30,088 nt of DNA, taken from positions 1 through 30,088 of IMG/VR virus record IMGVR_UViG_3300038974_000049. One strand, written 5' to 3'. How positions within the stretch are numbered: position 1 is the stretch's first letter; each line of letters starts with the position of its first letter. Below are positions 7,363-17,365 of this stretch, piece by piece. The stretch comes from a virus (Duplodnaviria > Caudoviricetes). Position numbers and translations under genes: made by a program. Under the pieces are notes generated by a model, which did no database searches, was not told the origin of the DNA, and saw nothing but the letters and a program-made list of their open reading frames with translations.

Positions 7363-8475
7363 CTAATAGCTGGACTTGAGTTGTTCCACGTCTCGGCGCA
7401 CGATCTCAGACTTGCTCAGGATTATATCGCCGTATTTTATGTCGATGTTGTGAGCGCCGCCCTCTATGGAGATCGTCACCTCAGATACTCGCTGATTTAT
7501 CCTCAATTTCTGCTTTACCATATCGAAATACTCTCCGTTAAGCCGATACTGAGGTATATCAAAACGGACGGTGATAAGATCCCCGAGGTCATAATCCACA
7601 CCGAAAACAAGGTTTCCACTCTGGTTTTCTGTTGTAGTTACCGCCTCTGAGGCGGCTTTTATTTTCGCCGTTCCGCGTTCTCGGAGCAGATCGGTATTGC
7701 CGACAGCTACATCACGGGCATCGACCAATGCTTCATAGCGGTCAAGCCCTTCGGCGCTCTCGCCTACGATCAGAAATTCACGATCTTCGCCCTCGCCGCC
7801 GCCGGCGACAACCGGCGTAGTAAGTATCTCCGACGTATCGTAATCATAGCCGTAATCTATTAGATTATGGTACTTCTCGGCAAACTCGCAGGGCGGATTG
7901 TCCTCGATGTTCCCCCGAGTTCTGTCAGCACCGGCGTATGTATCAAAGACGATGCATTTATTCGCGCTGTCCAGAGTGAAGGACTCACCGATGCCGTAAG
8001 CCTCACATATCCGGCTCACTTCGTCGCCCAAGTTCTTGAGGCGGCTTGTCTCGGTGATGGCCGTACCCGGCTTATCGGCTTCAAGCTGAAAAGGCAGCGC
8101 CCTGATGCCGTTTGTGCACGCTCGGATGAAGTCCTTGACAACCTTGTCGGGGGCCCCAGAGCCCGTCACAGCGTATGCACCGTCCGGGGGTATCGTTATC
8201 CTCCGTTCAAAAAGCTCGTGAGGAGAGACCGCCTGCACGGTCACGACGCCGTTATTCAGGACCGCACGCTTGATTATGAAAGGGTAACTCTTACTGTTGT
8301 GGAAAAAATTAATGTAATTATCCACCTGCAGAAAATGCGCGGCGTTTGAGTCCTCATCGACAGCCACGGCAAGATTGCTTTTGCCGTAATACTTGAGCAC
8401 CGCTTGTAACTGACTGAACTCACTGAAAGAATACAGATGATTGAAGTCCCGGTCATACAGTCGCATAGTATTCAA
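7363..8475 (-). CDS. Baseplate hub / ReqiPepy6 Gp37-like protein
   Basis: Follows Dit; VAGGGEGEDR, GLDRYE..VDARD and FGVDYDLGD.ITV motifs. Confidence 0.82.
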   Translation of the reverse strand: MNTMRLYDRDFNHLYSFSEFSQLQAVLKYYGKSNLAVAVDEDSNAAHFLQVDNYINFFHNSKSYPFIIKRAVLNNGVVTVQAVSPHELFERRITIPPDGAYAVTGSGAPDKVVKDFIRACTNGIRALPFQLEADKPGTAITETSRLKNLGDEVSRICEAYGIGESFTLDSANKCIVFDTYAGADRTRGNIEDNPPCEFAEKYHNLIDYGYDYDTSEILTTPVVAGGGEGEDREFLIVGESAEGLDRYEALVDARDVAVGNTDLLRERGTAKIKAASEAVTTTENQSGNLVFGVDYDLGDLITVRFDIPQYRLNGEYFDMVKQKLRINQRVSEVTISIEGGAHNIDIKYGDIILSKSEIVRRDVEQLKSSY

Positions 8476-9283
8476 TGGCGCTCACCTCCATATATCCTTC
8501 GGTGCTGCCCGCACCGAAGGTGATCTCATTGTTTCCCTGTGCCAGGTGAATGAGATCGTCATCATCACCGATGTAGTTAAAAGCATTGTGGCGCGTGCCG
8601 TCGTAATCTATAATGTCAACCCGCCCGGTTGCGGAGTTGATTTCAAGTGTAGACGTTTCAGGGATTGTCCTCTCTACCACCAGCCTCTCCCCCGTGGTTG
8701 TGTTTGAAACATACGGGTTATCGGCGCCGCCTATGAAACGGATGATCGCGTCAGCCCACTTGTCGCCGTTGTTGATCTTCGACCTCTGGGCAGATGTAGC
8801 GGAAAACTCAACGCCTTCCGCCGGAATGAAAAGATCAAATTCAAGCAACGGCTCCTCAAAGCCTTCTGATGTGAAGGGAATAAACTTTTTAAACCACGGA
8901 TCAGGCGCCACAAATGACATGAGCATAGGCTTCAATGGGCTTTCCGTAACGTCAAAATCGACGGCATCATTGAGATATACCGGTGTCAAACATTTTGGTT
9001 CCTCACTGTCATTTTGTACCCAGAAGGACCGAGCGATATTGTTTGCAAAGTATTTCCCGAGCTCCCGCATTTGAGTGACTGCGTTTGGATCGTGAATGTT
9101 AAACTGAACGGTAAACGGACGGGGAGAATAACGAATATTCGTTACCACCGTCCCGTCCGCTCTGTACCCGCGATTAACATGTGTGATCTCTGAGGGGGCT
9201 ATACCCAAACCGACTACATCAATGACGTAATCGAGTTCGAATTCATTTTCTCCGTTTATGTCTGTGAAGTAAAATCGGAACAT
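8453..9283 (-). CDS. Distal tail protein (Dit)
   Basis: Directly after the tape measure gene; DG......Y.PR, F.APDPW, N.GD...., L.QGNNEI pattern; GGAGG RBS supports the start at 9283. Confidence 0.8.
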   Translation of the reverse strand: MFRFYFTDINGENEFELDYVIDVVGLGIAPSEITHVNRGYRADGTVVTNIRYSPRPFTVQFNIHDPNAVTQMRELGKYFANNIARSFWVQNDSEEPKCLTPVYLNDAVDFDVTESPLKPMLMSFVAPDPWFKKFIPFTSEGFEEPLLEFDLFIPAEGVEFSATSAQRSKINNGDKWADAIIRFIGGADNPYVSNTTTGERLVVERTIPETSTLEINSATGRVDIIDYDGTRHNAFNYIGDDDDLIHLAQGNNEITFGAGSTEGYMEVSAIEYYATV

Positions 9284-9284
9284 A

Positions 9285-12200
9285 TCAGCCTCCGAGTAAT
9301 GCAAACTGTTGGCTCTGTGTCTCCTGCGCCAACTTCATATCCCGCCAACTCAGCGCCGTTGGGGAATTGTATACATTGTTCATTCTGTAATTGTTTATTA
9401 CCTTTTTACCTGCGCCGTCTCCGACTGCCGCAAAAGCTCCGGTTTGTGCACTGATAGTGGCCTTTGCCTGCTGTGCGTCAATGGCGACCTGCATCTTTCG
9501 GTTGAAGGTCTCATCCATAGCGTCGGAGATCCGCGCCATGCGTTTAAGTGTCTCATCGGCAATGTCATCGATAGTCCTGTATAGTTTATCTTCGTTCTTT
9601 TCAAGACCGACCACGCCTCCCTGGATATACATCTCGAAAAGCCATTGCGACTCTTTAGATGGAGAGTTGATTTTGAGGGCATTTTTCATCGTTGCCGTTA
9701 CCCGGTTGGCAATAGACCGAGCCTTTGAGATGATCGAGGACTCCCGCGCTGCCAAGCCTGCTAACATTCCGCTGCCCGTATAGCTGCCGACATTGTACCC
9801 GGCGCTGTATGCGGAACTTTTCTGTGAGTCGATGGCGCTTATGGCTCCCTTTGTAACGGAGCCCGCCGCCGATGCTGCCGACGCCCTCGTTCCGCTGATG
9901 GCGCTTACAAAGGCGGTCATGGCGGCCTTTATGGAGCGCGTCGAATCCGTTTTATAGGTTTCGAGAGTCTTGATCATGTTTCGGGTGATTGTCAGTACTG
10001 CCGACTGGATACTGGGACCGGAGGACGTGATAGCCTGGGCTATACCTTGCATAGCCTTTATCATCGCCGTTTTTGCCTGAGGACCCATTTTGGTCACGCT
10101 CGTCACCATAGCGTCGTTTATTGTCGTGCCGATGCTTGAGAAGTCCGCTGCCTCGACTGCAGCGTTTGCCGCCTCTGCGGATTCCCCTACCTTTTCAGCG
10201 ATCGCATCGGGGAGAGCGGTGTTAGCCTGCACCTGAACAGCGCCCTCGGTCAGTGCGTCGCTGGATGCGCCGATGAAGCTCGGATCGTTCCAGTTTTCGA
10301 TTGCCGTCCCCGTGGCCTCATCGATCTTTACACCCAGAGTCTCACGGTACTGCTCCAAAAGCTCGGGACTCTGCAGGATCTCCTCCATCGCGCTGTTTGC
10401 CTCGGGGCCCAGCTTGCCGAATTCCGCCGCCGCTGTGGGGCCGAGAAGACGGGTGATCTCCTCCATGTTGGCCTCCCACTTGGCATATGTCTCCTTATTG
10501 GACTGCAGGTTTTCAAGCATCTCCTGAGCGCTCATATCGAACTCGGTAGGTATCTTCTTGAAGCTGTTGGTGATGTTATCCGTCCGTTCTTCAACGGACG
10601 CCTGCAAGTCTTCAAAATTCGCCTTGTACTGGTCAAAGGTGATGCCCTGCCGCTCCATGTCGGCGATTATCGCGTCAGTGGAGAGGCCGTGTTCAAGAGC
10701 GTATTCCTGAATAGTCGCTATTTCCTCATTTGTGAGAGTATTGATTTCCGTAACAGACTCTTTATAAGCATCACGATACTGTGCCTCGGCCTCTGTCAGA
10801 GCAGCTTTTGTCTCGGATATGGTGTTTGCCAAATCCTCGTTTTTTGTACGTAACTTCTCGGTTTCGGCGGTGTAGTATTCTTCTGTAATTGCGCCGATTT
10901 TGAACTGTTCATCTAAGTTCTTCAGCGCCTTTTCGTTTGCTCTTATTTGAGGTTCGTTATCAGATAATGCTTTTTGGAGGTCTTCAACATTTTTTTGCAG
11001 CACTTCAACATCTTGGGCATCTTCGGCTGCGTTAGCCAACTCGTTTAATTCTTCCCGCGTAATAGACAACGTGCCGTTTGTCTCATCAAAAGTGATTTCA
11101 AGCCCGCCGCAAGCCTTTGACAATAACTGTATATATGCTTCGACATCTTCAATAGCTCCTGCCTGATTTTTATATGCGTCAATGGCGTTATATACATTCT
11201 CTGTCTGTCGACGTATAGCATCAGCATTCGCCTTTGCCCCTTCGCGCATTTCTTCAGTACTGCTTTGCGCCGTGTCCATCGCGTCTTTTAACTCTTCTGT
11301 CGCCGCTTTTGTATCTTTGATTGCCGACGCCGCCTCCTGTGCTGCCGGATTTGCTTTGTCAAAAGCATTGACAAGGGCCACTGTTGCCGCAGTTGCTGCA
11401 ATAATACCGGCGACCGCCAAACCAATAGGGTTTGCATTAATTGCCCTGTTCCACAGCTCCTGAGCTGCAGTAGCAAGCGCTATTTTGCCGGTAAGCACGC
11501 CCACGATGATTTCTTTTGCCGCCAGTCCCGACGTGTGAAGTGCGTCCGCTGTAATCGCGCCGCCGACAGACATAGAATAAAGATTGACCTGCAGGGCAGC
11601 CGTGTTAAACCATGCTCCGACCGCCGCAACGACCTTCCACGCCGTTACCGCTGCGGTAAAGCCAACGACGAGGGGGATTATCGTTTCCAAATTCGCCGCA
11701 ATGGGCTCCATCAGGTCAGCGACCTTCGTCAGCCACTTATTGGCCGTCTTTCCGGTCTGGGTGACCATGTTCTCGATGCTCTTGAACTTCGTCTTGGACA
11801 GCCCCTTGTCGATGGACGTGATAATGCTGGTTGTGCCCCTGACAATGGCCGTCTTCATGTTTGTAAATGCCGTGGCTATGCCTCCCGTGGAGGTCTTAGC
11901 CATTTCCGCAAAGCCGCCCACACCGGAGTCAAGCTCTATGAGACGGTCGCTGAACTGGTCGAATGTGATCTCCCCGCTTTTCAGAGCCTCGTAGAAGTCT
12001 GTACGCGCCGAGCTCCCGGCAAAGCCAAAGGATTTAGCTACGGTGTCAAGACCGTAAGTCATGGTTTCCTGTAACGTCATCCATGACTGCATGTCCACTT
12101 TACCCTTAGAGAGCATCTGGATATACTGTGTCGTACCTCTTGCCGCGTCCTGTGAGCTTGATCCGCTTGCCAGAAAAGCGTCATTCAGCGCCAGCGCGAG

Positions 12201-12548
12201 ATTTGTGGATTTATCCAGATCCCCCGTCACAGAAACAAGCTGCTGTGTGTTTGAAACGATGTCATCCAGAGTGGTAGGCAGTCCCTGAACGCCGTCAGAC
12301 AGTTTCTGTGTGGCTGCGCTCGCCTGAGTTGCCGAATAGCCCATCTGCTCGAGGATCTTCGGGAACTTGTTCAATGTGTCATACCGGGCAACAGCACCGT
12401 CGATGGAGCTTGCCACAGCATTAAAGCCTTTTTTCAGTATCTCGAATACTCCCAAGCCCTTTACTATGCCAGTGAACTTGTTTGCGTCCTTCTGGAAGCC
12501 GTTGAAGTCCATGCCCGTATCAAATTTTATGCTGCCGTCATAACCCAT
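9285..12548 (-). CDS. Tail tape measure protein
   Basis: 1087 aa, Ala-rich and helical; starts MGYDGSIKFDT; tape-measure N-domain, central hydrophobic segments, LKINSPSK near the C-terminus. Confidence 0.95.
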   Translation of the reverse strand: MGYDGSIKFDTGMDFNGFQKDANKFTGIVKGLGVFEILKKGFNAVASSIDGAVARYDTLNKFPKILEQMGYSATQASAATQKLSDGVQGLPTTLDDIVSNTQQLVSVTGDLDKSTNLALALNDAFLASGSSSQDAARGTTQYIQMLSKGKVDMQSWMTLQETMTYGLDTVAKSFGFAGSSARTDFYEALKSGEITFDQFSDRLIELDSGVGGFAEMAKTSTGGIATAFTNMKTAIVRGTTSIITSIDKGLSKTKFKSIENMVTQTGKTANKWLTKVADLMEPIAANLETIIPLVVGFTAAVTAWKVVAAVGAWFNTAALQVNLYSMSVGGAITADALHTSGLAAKEIIVGVLTGKIALATAAQELWNRAINANPIGLAVAGIIAATAATVALVNAFDKANPAAQEAASAIKDTKAATEELKDAMDTAQSSTEEMREGAKANADAIRRQTENVYNAIDAYKNQAGAIEDVEAYIQLLSKACGGLEITFDETNGTLSITREELNELANAAEDAQDVEVLQKNVEDLQKALSDNEPQIRANEKALKNLDEQFKIGAITEEYYTAETEKLRTKNEDLANTISETKAALTEAEAQYRDAYKESVTEINTLTNEEIATIQEYALEHGLSTDAIIADMERQGITFDQYKANFEDLQASVEERTDNITNSFKKIPTEFDMSAQEMLENLQSNKETYAKWEANMEEITRLLGPTAAAEFGKLGPEANSAMEEILQSPELLEQYRETLGVKIDEATGTAIENWNDPSFIGASSDALTEGAVQVQANTALPDAIAEKVGESAEAANAAVEAADFSSIGTTINDAMVTSVTKMGPQAKTAMIKAMQGIAQAITSSGPSIQSAVLTITRNMIKTLETYKTDSTRSIKAAMTAFVSAISGTRASAASAAGSVTKGAISAIDSQKSSAYSAGYNVGSYTGSGMLAGLAARESSIISKARSIANRVTATMKNALKINSPSKESQWLFEMYIQGGVVGLEKNEDKLYRTIDDIADETLKRMARISDAMDETFNRKMQVAIDAQQAKATISAQTGAFAAVGDGAGKKVINNYRMNNVYNSPTALSWRDMKLAQETQSQQFALLGG

Positions 12549-12551
12549 CGG

Positions 12552-13151
12552 TCACAGTCCCCTTTTTATACGCTCGTCGTAATACTCCATAGTTTTGCGG
12601 TTAAGCTCCTCTATGGTCATATGCTCAAGCTCTTTCGCCTTTCGGCTTTTCAGGGCAAAGAGCTTTTTCATCTCAAGAACATGCTTCTTTTCGCTTTTTG
12701 ACACCTTACTCACATCCACCGTCCGATAATACATGATCCGTCTCATGGGAGTGTCTTCCGGGAGCCCGTGAAACAAAGCGAGAAATTCCCACCAATGCAT
12801 GTACTCGATCTCGGTGAGCCTGATGCCGTATGCTGCACAGAAGGACGCATATATGTGATCCGCGTCCTGTTCAAAGTCATAGCTGCGCTTCGGCTTCTTG
12901 CTGCTCTGTGCGCCGCCTCCGTCGCCTTCGTTTTCGCCCCGCGAGAAGAACCACAAAAGCCCCCCAATCGCTTTATCGGCGTCTTCGGGGATAACGGGGT
13001 AAAGCTGCTGCAGCATCATAAGGTTGCGCCTGAACGTATTCAGCGACTCGTCGTGCATCAGCATTTCCACGTTGATCATGTTGCGGAAATCAGTTGACAG
13101 TTCATAACCGTCGTATTCCTCAGGAAGTCCGGTAAACTGCAAAATACTCAT
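12552..13151 (-). CDS. Gp15-family tail assembly chaperone (A118 gp15-like)
   Basis: TDFR, YDFEQDADHIYASF..AYGI.L....MHWWEFLALF.GL; precedes the tape measure gene. Confidence 0.88.
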   Translation of the reverse strand: MSILQFTGLPEEYDGYELSTDFRNMINVEMLMHDESLNTFRRNLMMLQQLYPVIPEDADKAIGGLLWFFSRGENEGDGGGAQSSKKPKRSYDFEQDADHIYASFCAAYGIRLTEIEYMHWWEFLALFHGLPEDTPMRRIMYYRTVDVSKVSKSEKKHVLEMKKLFALKSRKAKELEHMTIEELNRKTMEYYDERIKRGL

Positions 13152-13525
13152 TTGTCCTTTTTACGCCTTGTCGCTCTGTTGGGCGTATACTTCCGCATTG
13201 CCTCACCAAGTGACTTGCCCTGCTGTTCCATTGCCTTTTCAATGGCGTCATCAGTTTCGAGTATCTTTGTGAGACTCGGATTATCGCCGAGGAGCTGATT
13301 TGCGATTCCGTCACCGAAGACCTCATCGATGAAATCACCGTATATTTTCAGCGACTGATTGAGCATTTCGATGTACTCATCCAGAAAAGCCGGATCGTCA
13401 ATAGGGACGGTGGGCTCCGGGATATTTGCCGCCTTTTCAGCCTTGATTTCCGCTGCCTGCTTGTATCTCGCTATATCGACAGGGGAAGTGAAGTCGAATT
13501 CGACCTTTACGCCGTTAATGATCAT
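13148..13525 (-). CDS. Tail assembly chaperone
   Basis: Lies between the major tail and gp15-like genes; FIDEVFGDG and C-terminal PNRATRR; AAGGAGG RBS gives the start at 13525. Confidence 0.75.
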   Translation of the reverse strand: MIINGVKVEFDFTSPVDIARYKQAAEIKAEKAANIPEPTVPIDDPAFLDEYIEMLNQSLKIYGDFIDEVFGDGIANQLLGDNPSLTKILETDDAIEKAMEQQGKSLGEAMRKYTPNRATRRKKDK

Positions 13526-13539
13526 GTTTTCCTCCTTCA

Positions 13540-13571
13540 AAGAAGACTCCCGCCCCGATTAAGAGGCGGGA
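13540..13571 (-). terminator. Hairpin / weak terminator after the major tail gene
   Basis: Minus strand TCCCGCCTC-TTAATC-GGGGCGGGA followed by GTCTTCTTT. Confidence 0.55.
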
Positions 13572-13578
13572 TAAATGT

Positions 13579-14070
13579 TTAGCCTGCGGAATATGTCCAC
13601 TCTGCCGGTGTGCCGACAGATGTCAGTGTAGCGGTAAAGGAAGCGTTTTCGCCCGCCGCGCCTGCAGCATCTTCGGAAACGTCGATAGTGACCTGTCCCT
13701 TTTCGCCTTTGCCGTTCTGGATGGCGAAGTAGACGTAGTCCTTTACGACGTCAGAGCCCTTGCCGTACTTGATACCGTGGGCGAGAAGGCCGTCCTGGAA
13801 CGGATCACCGGCATAGCGGTCGCCGTTTACGTTGATGTTCCTTATCGCGCCGGTCCTGGTCGTAGTCTTGCCGGTGCGAATGTACTGGCTGTCGGTAGAC
13901 TCGGACTCGATAGTGCCGGAGTGCTCAGAAATGAAAGGCTGAGCCACGATGTAGCCGCCGACGCTTTCCGCATTGTTAAGGTTTACGGCAAGAACCATAT
14001 CATCAGAGGTGATCTGACCCTTGAAGTCTGCATTGATGTTTCTGCCGCTCATAAGTTCACTAAGTGTCAT
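13579..14070 (-). CDS. Major tail (tube) protein
   Basis: Synteny; 163 aa, beta-rich; GDRYAGDPFQD and C-terminal GTPAEWTY. Confidence 0.8.
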   Translation of the reverse strand: MTLSELMSGRNINADFKGQITSDDMVLAVNLNNAESVGGYIVAQPFISEHSGTIESESTDSQYIRTGKTTTRTGAIRNINVNGDRYAGDPFQDGLLAHGIKYGKGSDVVKDYVYFAIQNGKGEKGQVTIDVSEDAAGAAGENASFTATLTSVGTPAEWTYSAG

Positions 14071-14072
14071 TT

Positions 14073-14498
14073 TTATCGTTCTCCTTCATGGTGATACGTA
14101 AGCCGAAGCTGTATCTGGTACTGTGCCGTGTCCTCCGTTGCGGTATACAGATACCCGGGGGTCAGGCAGGTTATACTGTGCGCTGTGTTCGGTTCATCGA
14201 GTATCGGCAGGTTTCTTAGCCTGCTTTGTGTCTCAATCCAGTTGGAAAAGCTCTCATAAAAGTCGCTTTTCTCGATGTTGATCCGCTGATCCTGCGAGTA
14301 CGTTTCCCGGCTCGTCAGGTTAAACGTCTTCTGACGTATAGATGAGCCGATGTACTGTTTGACGACCACATCTCCCGGGACTTCGTCGATAGAGAACTCC
14401 TGCGGGGTGTTGCCAAGATGATTGAAACGTACTCGTATTTTTCTGTCAATCAGCGGACATTGTCTGATATAGTCATAGATCGCCTGTGATAAGCTCAT
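14073..14498 (-). CDS. Tail terminator / neck protein
   Basis: Directly upstream of the major tail gene; C-terminal AQYQIQLRLTY. Confidence 0.7.
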   Translation of the reverse strand: MSLSQAIYDYIRQCPLIDRKIRVRFNHLGNTPQEFSIDEVPGDVVVKQYIGSSIRQKTFNLTSRETYSQDQRINIEKSDFYESFSNWIETQSRLRNLPILDEPNTAHSITCLTPGYLYTATEDTAQYQIQLRLTYHHEGER

Positions 14499-14499
14499 G

Positions 14500-14907
14500 T
14501 TATTTCGCTCCTAACGCGGACGCGGAAAATCTTCTCAGATGCTCGCGGTTGTTGGCTTTCATCCTGTGGAAGTAGTACGGCCCGCGTAACGGTCCCGTGG
14601 GCCGTCCGACAGAGGATCGGGAGTAATAAACCCGTCGCGCATACGGCGTGTTTACGATAACCTCACCGGTGCCGGGCGTGGAGGACAGCCGCATTGACGC
14701 GATCATCGCGCCGGTGACCAGCTGCATATACGGCTCCATCAGTCGCATGACCTCGGTGTCGAACATGACCTGACCCTGTCGGAATCGTCTTGTCCTGTTG
14801 CTCCCGAAATCGGGATTCCAGTCTATCCTTGCGCTGATCTTGCCATTTGCCGTTTTGTATGTCACTACCGAGCCTTTTGGAGTGGTGATAACGATTCTGT
14901 CCGCCAT
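14500..14907 (-). CDS. Tail completion protein (minor capsid 2 / HK97 gp10-like)
   Basis: Basic protein; PY...TG.M..S, TPYARRVYY and GPYYF.R motifs; synteny. Confidence 0.72.
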   Translation of the reverse strand: MADRIVITTPKGSVVTYKTANGKISARIDWNPDFGSNRTRRFRQGQVMFDTEVMRLMEPYMQLVTGAMIASMRLSSTPGTGEVIVNTPYARRVYYSRSSVGRPTGPLRGPYYFHRMKANNREHLRRFSASALGAK

Positions 14908-14908
14908 A

Positions 14909-15304
14909 TTATTTGCCCTCCACGTAGATGTGTTTGAGCCCTACACGGCGGTTGTCATGCACTGCTGCGATATTGCAGCGGTCATTGTACACGCCTTCCA
15001 GCTCATCGGGCCGTGCGATGTCCATACCGGAGCCCTTAACGATGATATCGCCGTTTCTGAGCGTATACTGTGTCGCGGGATCGGTAAACTCAACCGGCGG
15101 CGTATACGATTTCGCACACACCGCCGTTTCGGGTATTCGGATTTTATGCACATTCTCACGGTGGAAGGATGTGCCGTCGTGCCCTGTGATGTGCTGAGTG
15201 TGCCAGCTGCAGCCGGCGATCACCGTTTTGTGATACACGTCATGATCCGCGTCCACGTCATACACGGCGTTGTACACCGTAATTGTCTCGTCAAAGCCAA
15301 GCAT
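14909..15304 (-). CDS. Head closure / head-tail joining protein
   Basis: TITVYN...VI.GCSW, TLRNGDIIVKG, HIYVEG; synteny; start overlaps the upstream stop. Confidence 0.7.
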   Translation of the reverse strand: MLGFDETITVYNAVYDVDADHDVYHKTVIAGCSWHTQHITGHDGTSFHRENVHKIRIPETAVCAKSYTPPVEFTDPATQYTLRNGDIIVKGSGMDIARPDELEGVYNDRCNIAAVHDNRRVGLKHIYVEGK

Positions 15305-15678
15305 CAGCACACCCCCATGTACATAAGGTTGTAGGGGATGGTCAGATACTTTTTGCAGATGGCGATGTAGTCACGGAACTCTGCGTTATCGCTCTGGATC
15401 CCGTCGACGTTTCGCGTCACACTGTAGCCGTCATTGTTTATGCTCGCCACACCAGCGGGGAGCAGGTTGTCGGTCTGCCTGTACCCGTGCATTGCATCGA
15501 CCACGGCACAGATGCAGTCCTTTACCCGTGTGATCATGCTCTCGGGCGGGTCTTCACTCCGTCCCAGCGTAAGAAAGCTTACAGTGTACTCCGCGTCACG
15601 CACTAAGGCGGCAAACTCTTCATTTGAGAGCTTACCGCCATGTTCCGTGTAGTAGTCGTGGTCCGGTACAATGCTCAT
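15304..15678 (-). CDS. Head-tail adaptor protein
   Basis: Follows the major capsid gene; Y...GGKL..EEF, VKDCICAVVD, S.NNDGYSV, LMYMGV. Confidence 0.78.
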   Translation of the reverse strand: MSIVPDHDYYTEHGGKLSNEEFAALVRDAEYTVSFLTLGRSEDPPESMITRVKDCICAVVDAMHGYRQTDNLLPAGVASINNDGYSVTRNVDGIQSDNAEFRDYIAICKKYLTIPYNLMYMGVC

Positions 15679-15691
15679 CGGTCACAGCTCC

Positions 15692-16630
15692 TTATGCGCC
15701 CGGAGTCAGCACCGCAAACGGGAAGCCCTCGCCATTAGGCCTGTCGATGTCGATGGGATTCGCCACCTGCCATGCGAGGCGCATTACAGCGCGCATAGCG
15801 ACCATATCCTGCTGCAGGAGGTTGTAAATGACCTTGCCGTCCTCGTCGGAGATAACGCCGGTATCGAAGATCTGGAATGTCATATCCTGACGTACAGCGT
15901 AGACAGCGTCGTTCCACTCACCGGCGATTGCGAGGGCCTGAGTCTTATCCCATGTGCCCGGAGCTACGAAGTCGGTGGGAACGGAATAAAGGACACCGGG
16001 CTGATCTGCAGTAAGCTGCTGATACAGGGGCTGGCCGGTATCGTCGCGCATGTTTCTGAGCGTACCCTTGAGGGATCTCTGGGCCGCAAGGGCGGTCACT
16101 TCATAGCCGCCATCTTCAAGGACGCTGTAGAGGTTGCTGATATCCTCTGCCGCGTCCTTACCTGTACCGAGCTGGACGGTATTCCCTGCCGCGATAGCTG
16201 CGGGTATGATGGGGTCAGGCCACTCGGTCGGGGCCTTTGCATTACGCTCAGAGAAAACCTGACGGTCAAATACACGCCCGAAAGCCTCCTCCAGAAGCGG
16301 TCTGACCTCGCCCCAGATGTCGTAGTCCGCATCGTCGATAACGGACTGAGGGACGGGGATGATAGCGGCGATCTCGCCGACAGTCATGATCTTCTTGTCC
16401 CATGCCGCATTTGTAGTGACCTTCATGCCGGCATCGCCGTTTACGAAGTCAGCGGTGGGGAGCAGGGAAAGAACCGGCTGCCGCGCTGTGCTTGTAGTCA
16501 TGTTAGGGAGTCTGCGCATCAGTCTCATTGCTACGGACTGCTTGCGGACGCCATTGATGATCTCGCGGGACACCGCCTCAGGGATGAGGGCTGCCGCGTT
16601 GGATCTCTGGATCATTTTTTCGTTTGCCAT
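15692..16630 (-). CDS. Major capsid protein (HK97 fold)
   Basis: ALIPE.VS.EII, EIAAIIPVP, LRNMRD..GQPLY, NLLQQDMVAMRA.MR; strong AAAGGAG RBS. Confidence 0.95.
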   Translation of the reverse strand: MANEKMIQRSNAAALIPEAVSREIINGVRKQSVAMRLMRRLPNMTTSTARQPVLSLLPTADFVNGDAGMKVTTNAAWDKKIMTVGEIAAIIPVPQSVIDDADYDIWGEVRPLLEEAFGRVFDRQVFSERNAKAPTEWPDPIIPAAIAAGNTVQLGTGKDAAEDISNLYSVLEDGGYEVTALAAQRSLKGTLRNMRDDTGQPLYQQLTADQPGVLYSVPTDFVAPGTWDKTQALAIAGEWNDAVYAVRQDMTFQIFDTGVISDEDGKVIYNLLQQDMVAMRAVMRLAWQVANPIDIDRPNGEGFPFAVLTPGA

Positions 16631-16668
16631 TTTTGATTACTCCTTTCGGCGCATAAATAAAGCCCGGC

Positions 16669-17244
16669 TTATTCCGGCCTTACTGCGCCTCGTATGATGT
16701 CGTTCATTTGTGTATTGACGCTTTCGGAAGCGCCTCCGTCTCCATTGTGCGCACCGCCTGTGGAGACCTTTGCGACGGATTTTGTTTCCCCGCTGCCGAA
16801 AAGATACGGGTCTGACTCCTTGAGCTTGTCAAGAGCTGCGGTTATGTCCTCACGCTGGTTTTTGCTTGCCTTGAGGCTGTCAGTGTCCAGCATTGCGGTG
16901 ATCGCCTTTGAGCTCTTTCCCTTTGCAGCTGAGATAGCTTCTGTCAGCATTGCCGAGAAGCCCAGATCGGCGATCTTCGTCTGATACTCGGTATCTTTCT
17001 GCTGCAGATCGTTCTGTAAGGTCGTGATTTTACCCTGCAGTTCTTTCACGTCCACACCCTCAAACTGCTTGAGAGACTGCTGAACGGTATTGAGCTGATC
17101 CTTGAGGTTGTCCCGCTCAGCCGTGATCGTGGCCTTTGCTGCCTCGATGTCTTTGCCGTTTTCGCCCATGATCTGGTCGATTACTTCCTTCGGCAGCTTT
17201 GCGCCGCCCTCTAAATTGATTTTCTCGAGAAATTCGCGTTTCAT
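16669..17244 (-). CDS. Capsid scaffolding protein (Phage GP20 family)
   Basis: MKREFL...IDQIMGENGKDIE, coiled coil, LKESDPYLF; located upstream of the major capsid gene. Confidence 0.9.
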   Translation of the reverse strand: MKREFLEKINLEGGAKLPKEVIDQIMGENGKDIEAAKATITAERDNLKDQLNTVQQSLKQFEGVDVKELQGKITTLQNDLQQKDTEYQTKIADLGFSAMLTEAISAAKGKSSKAITAMLDTDSLKASKNQREDITAALDKLKESDPYLFGSGETKSVAKVSTGGAHNGDGGASESVNTQMNDIIRGAVRPE

Positions 17245-17332
17245 AGTGTCCTTTCTCCGCTACGCTTTTGTACGAGGTCGCTCTCACGCGGTGTCGTAGT
17301 TTTACGACTTCGACCCGGTCAAAAATGAGTAT

Positions 17333-17365
17333 GAAAAAAGTGGTAAATTCTATGAATTTCCACTT
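17333..17365 (-). terminator. Possible terminator overlapping the minor capsid stop codon
   Basis: Minus strand AAGTGGAAATTC-ATA-GAATTTACCACTT followed by TTTT. Confidence 0.5.

Noticed and set aside
12552-13525. Programmed frameshift between tail chaperones
   Set aside because: The downstream gene has its own ATG overlapping the upstream stop and an AAGGA RBS; no convincing slippery heptamer seen.
15671-16636. 321-aa plus-strand ORF
   Set aside because: Exact antisense shadow of the major capsid gene; no recognisable motifs.
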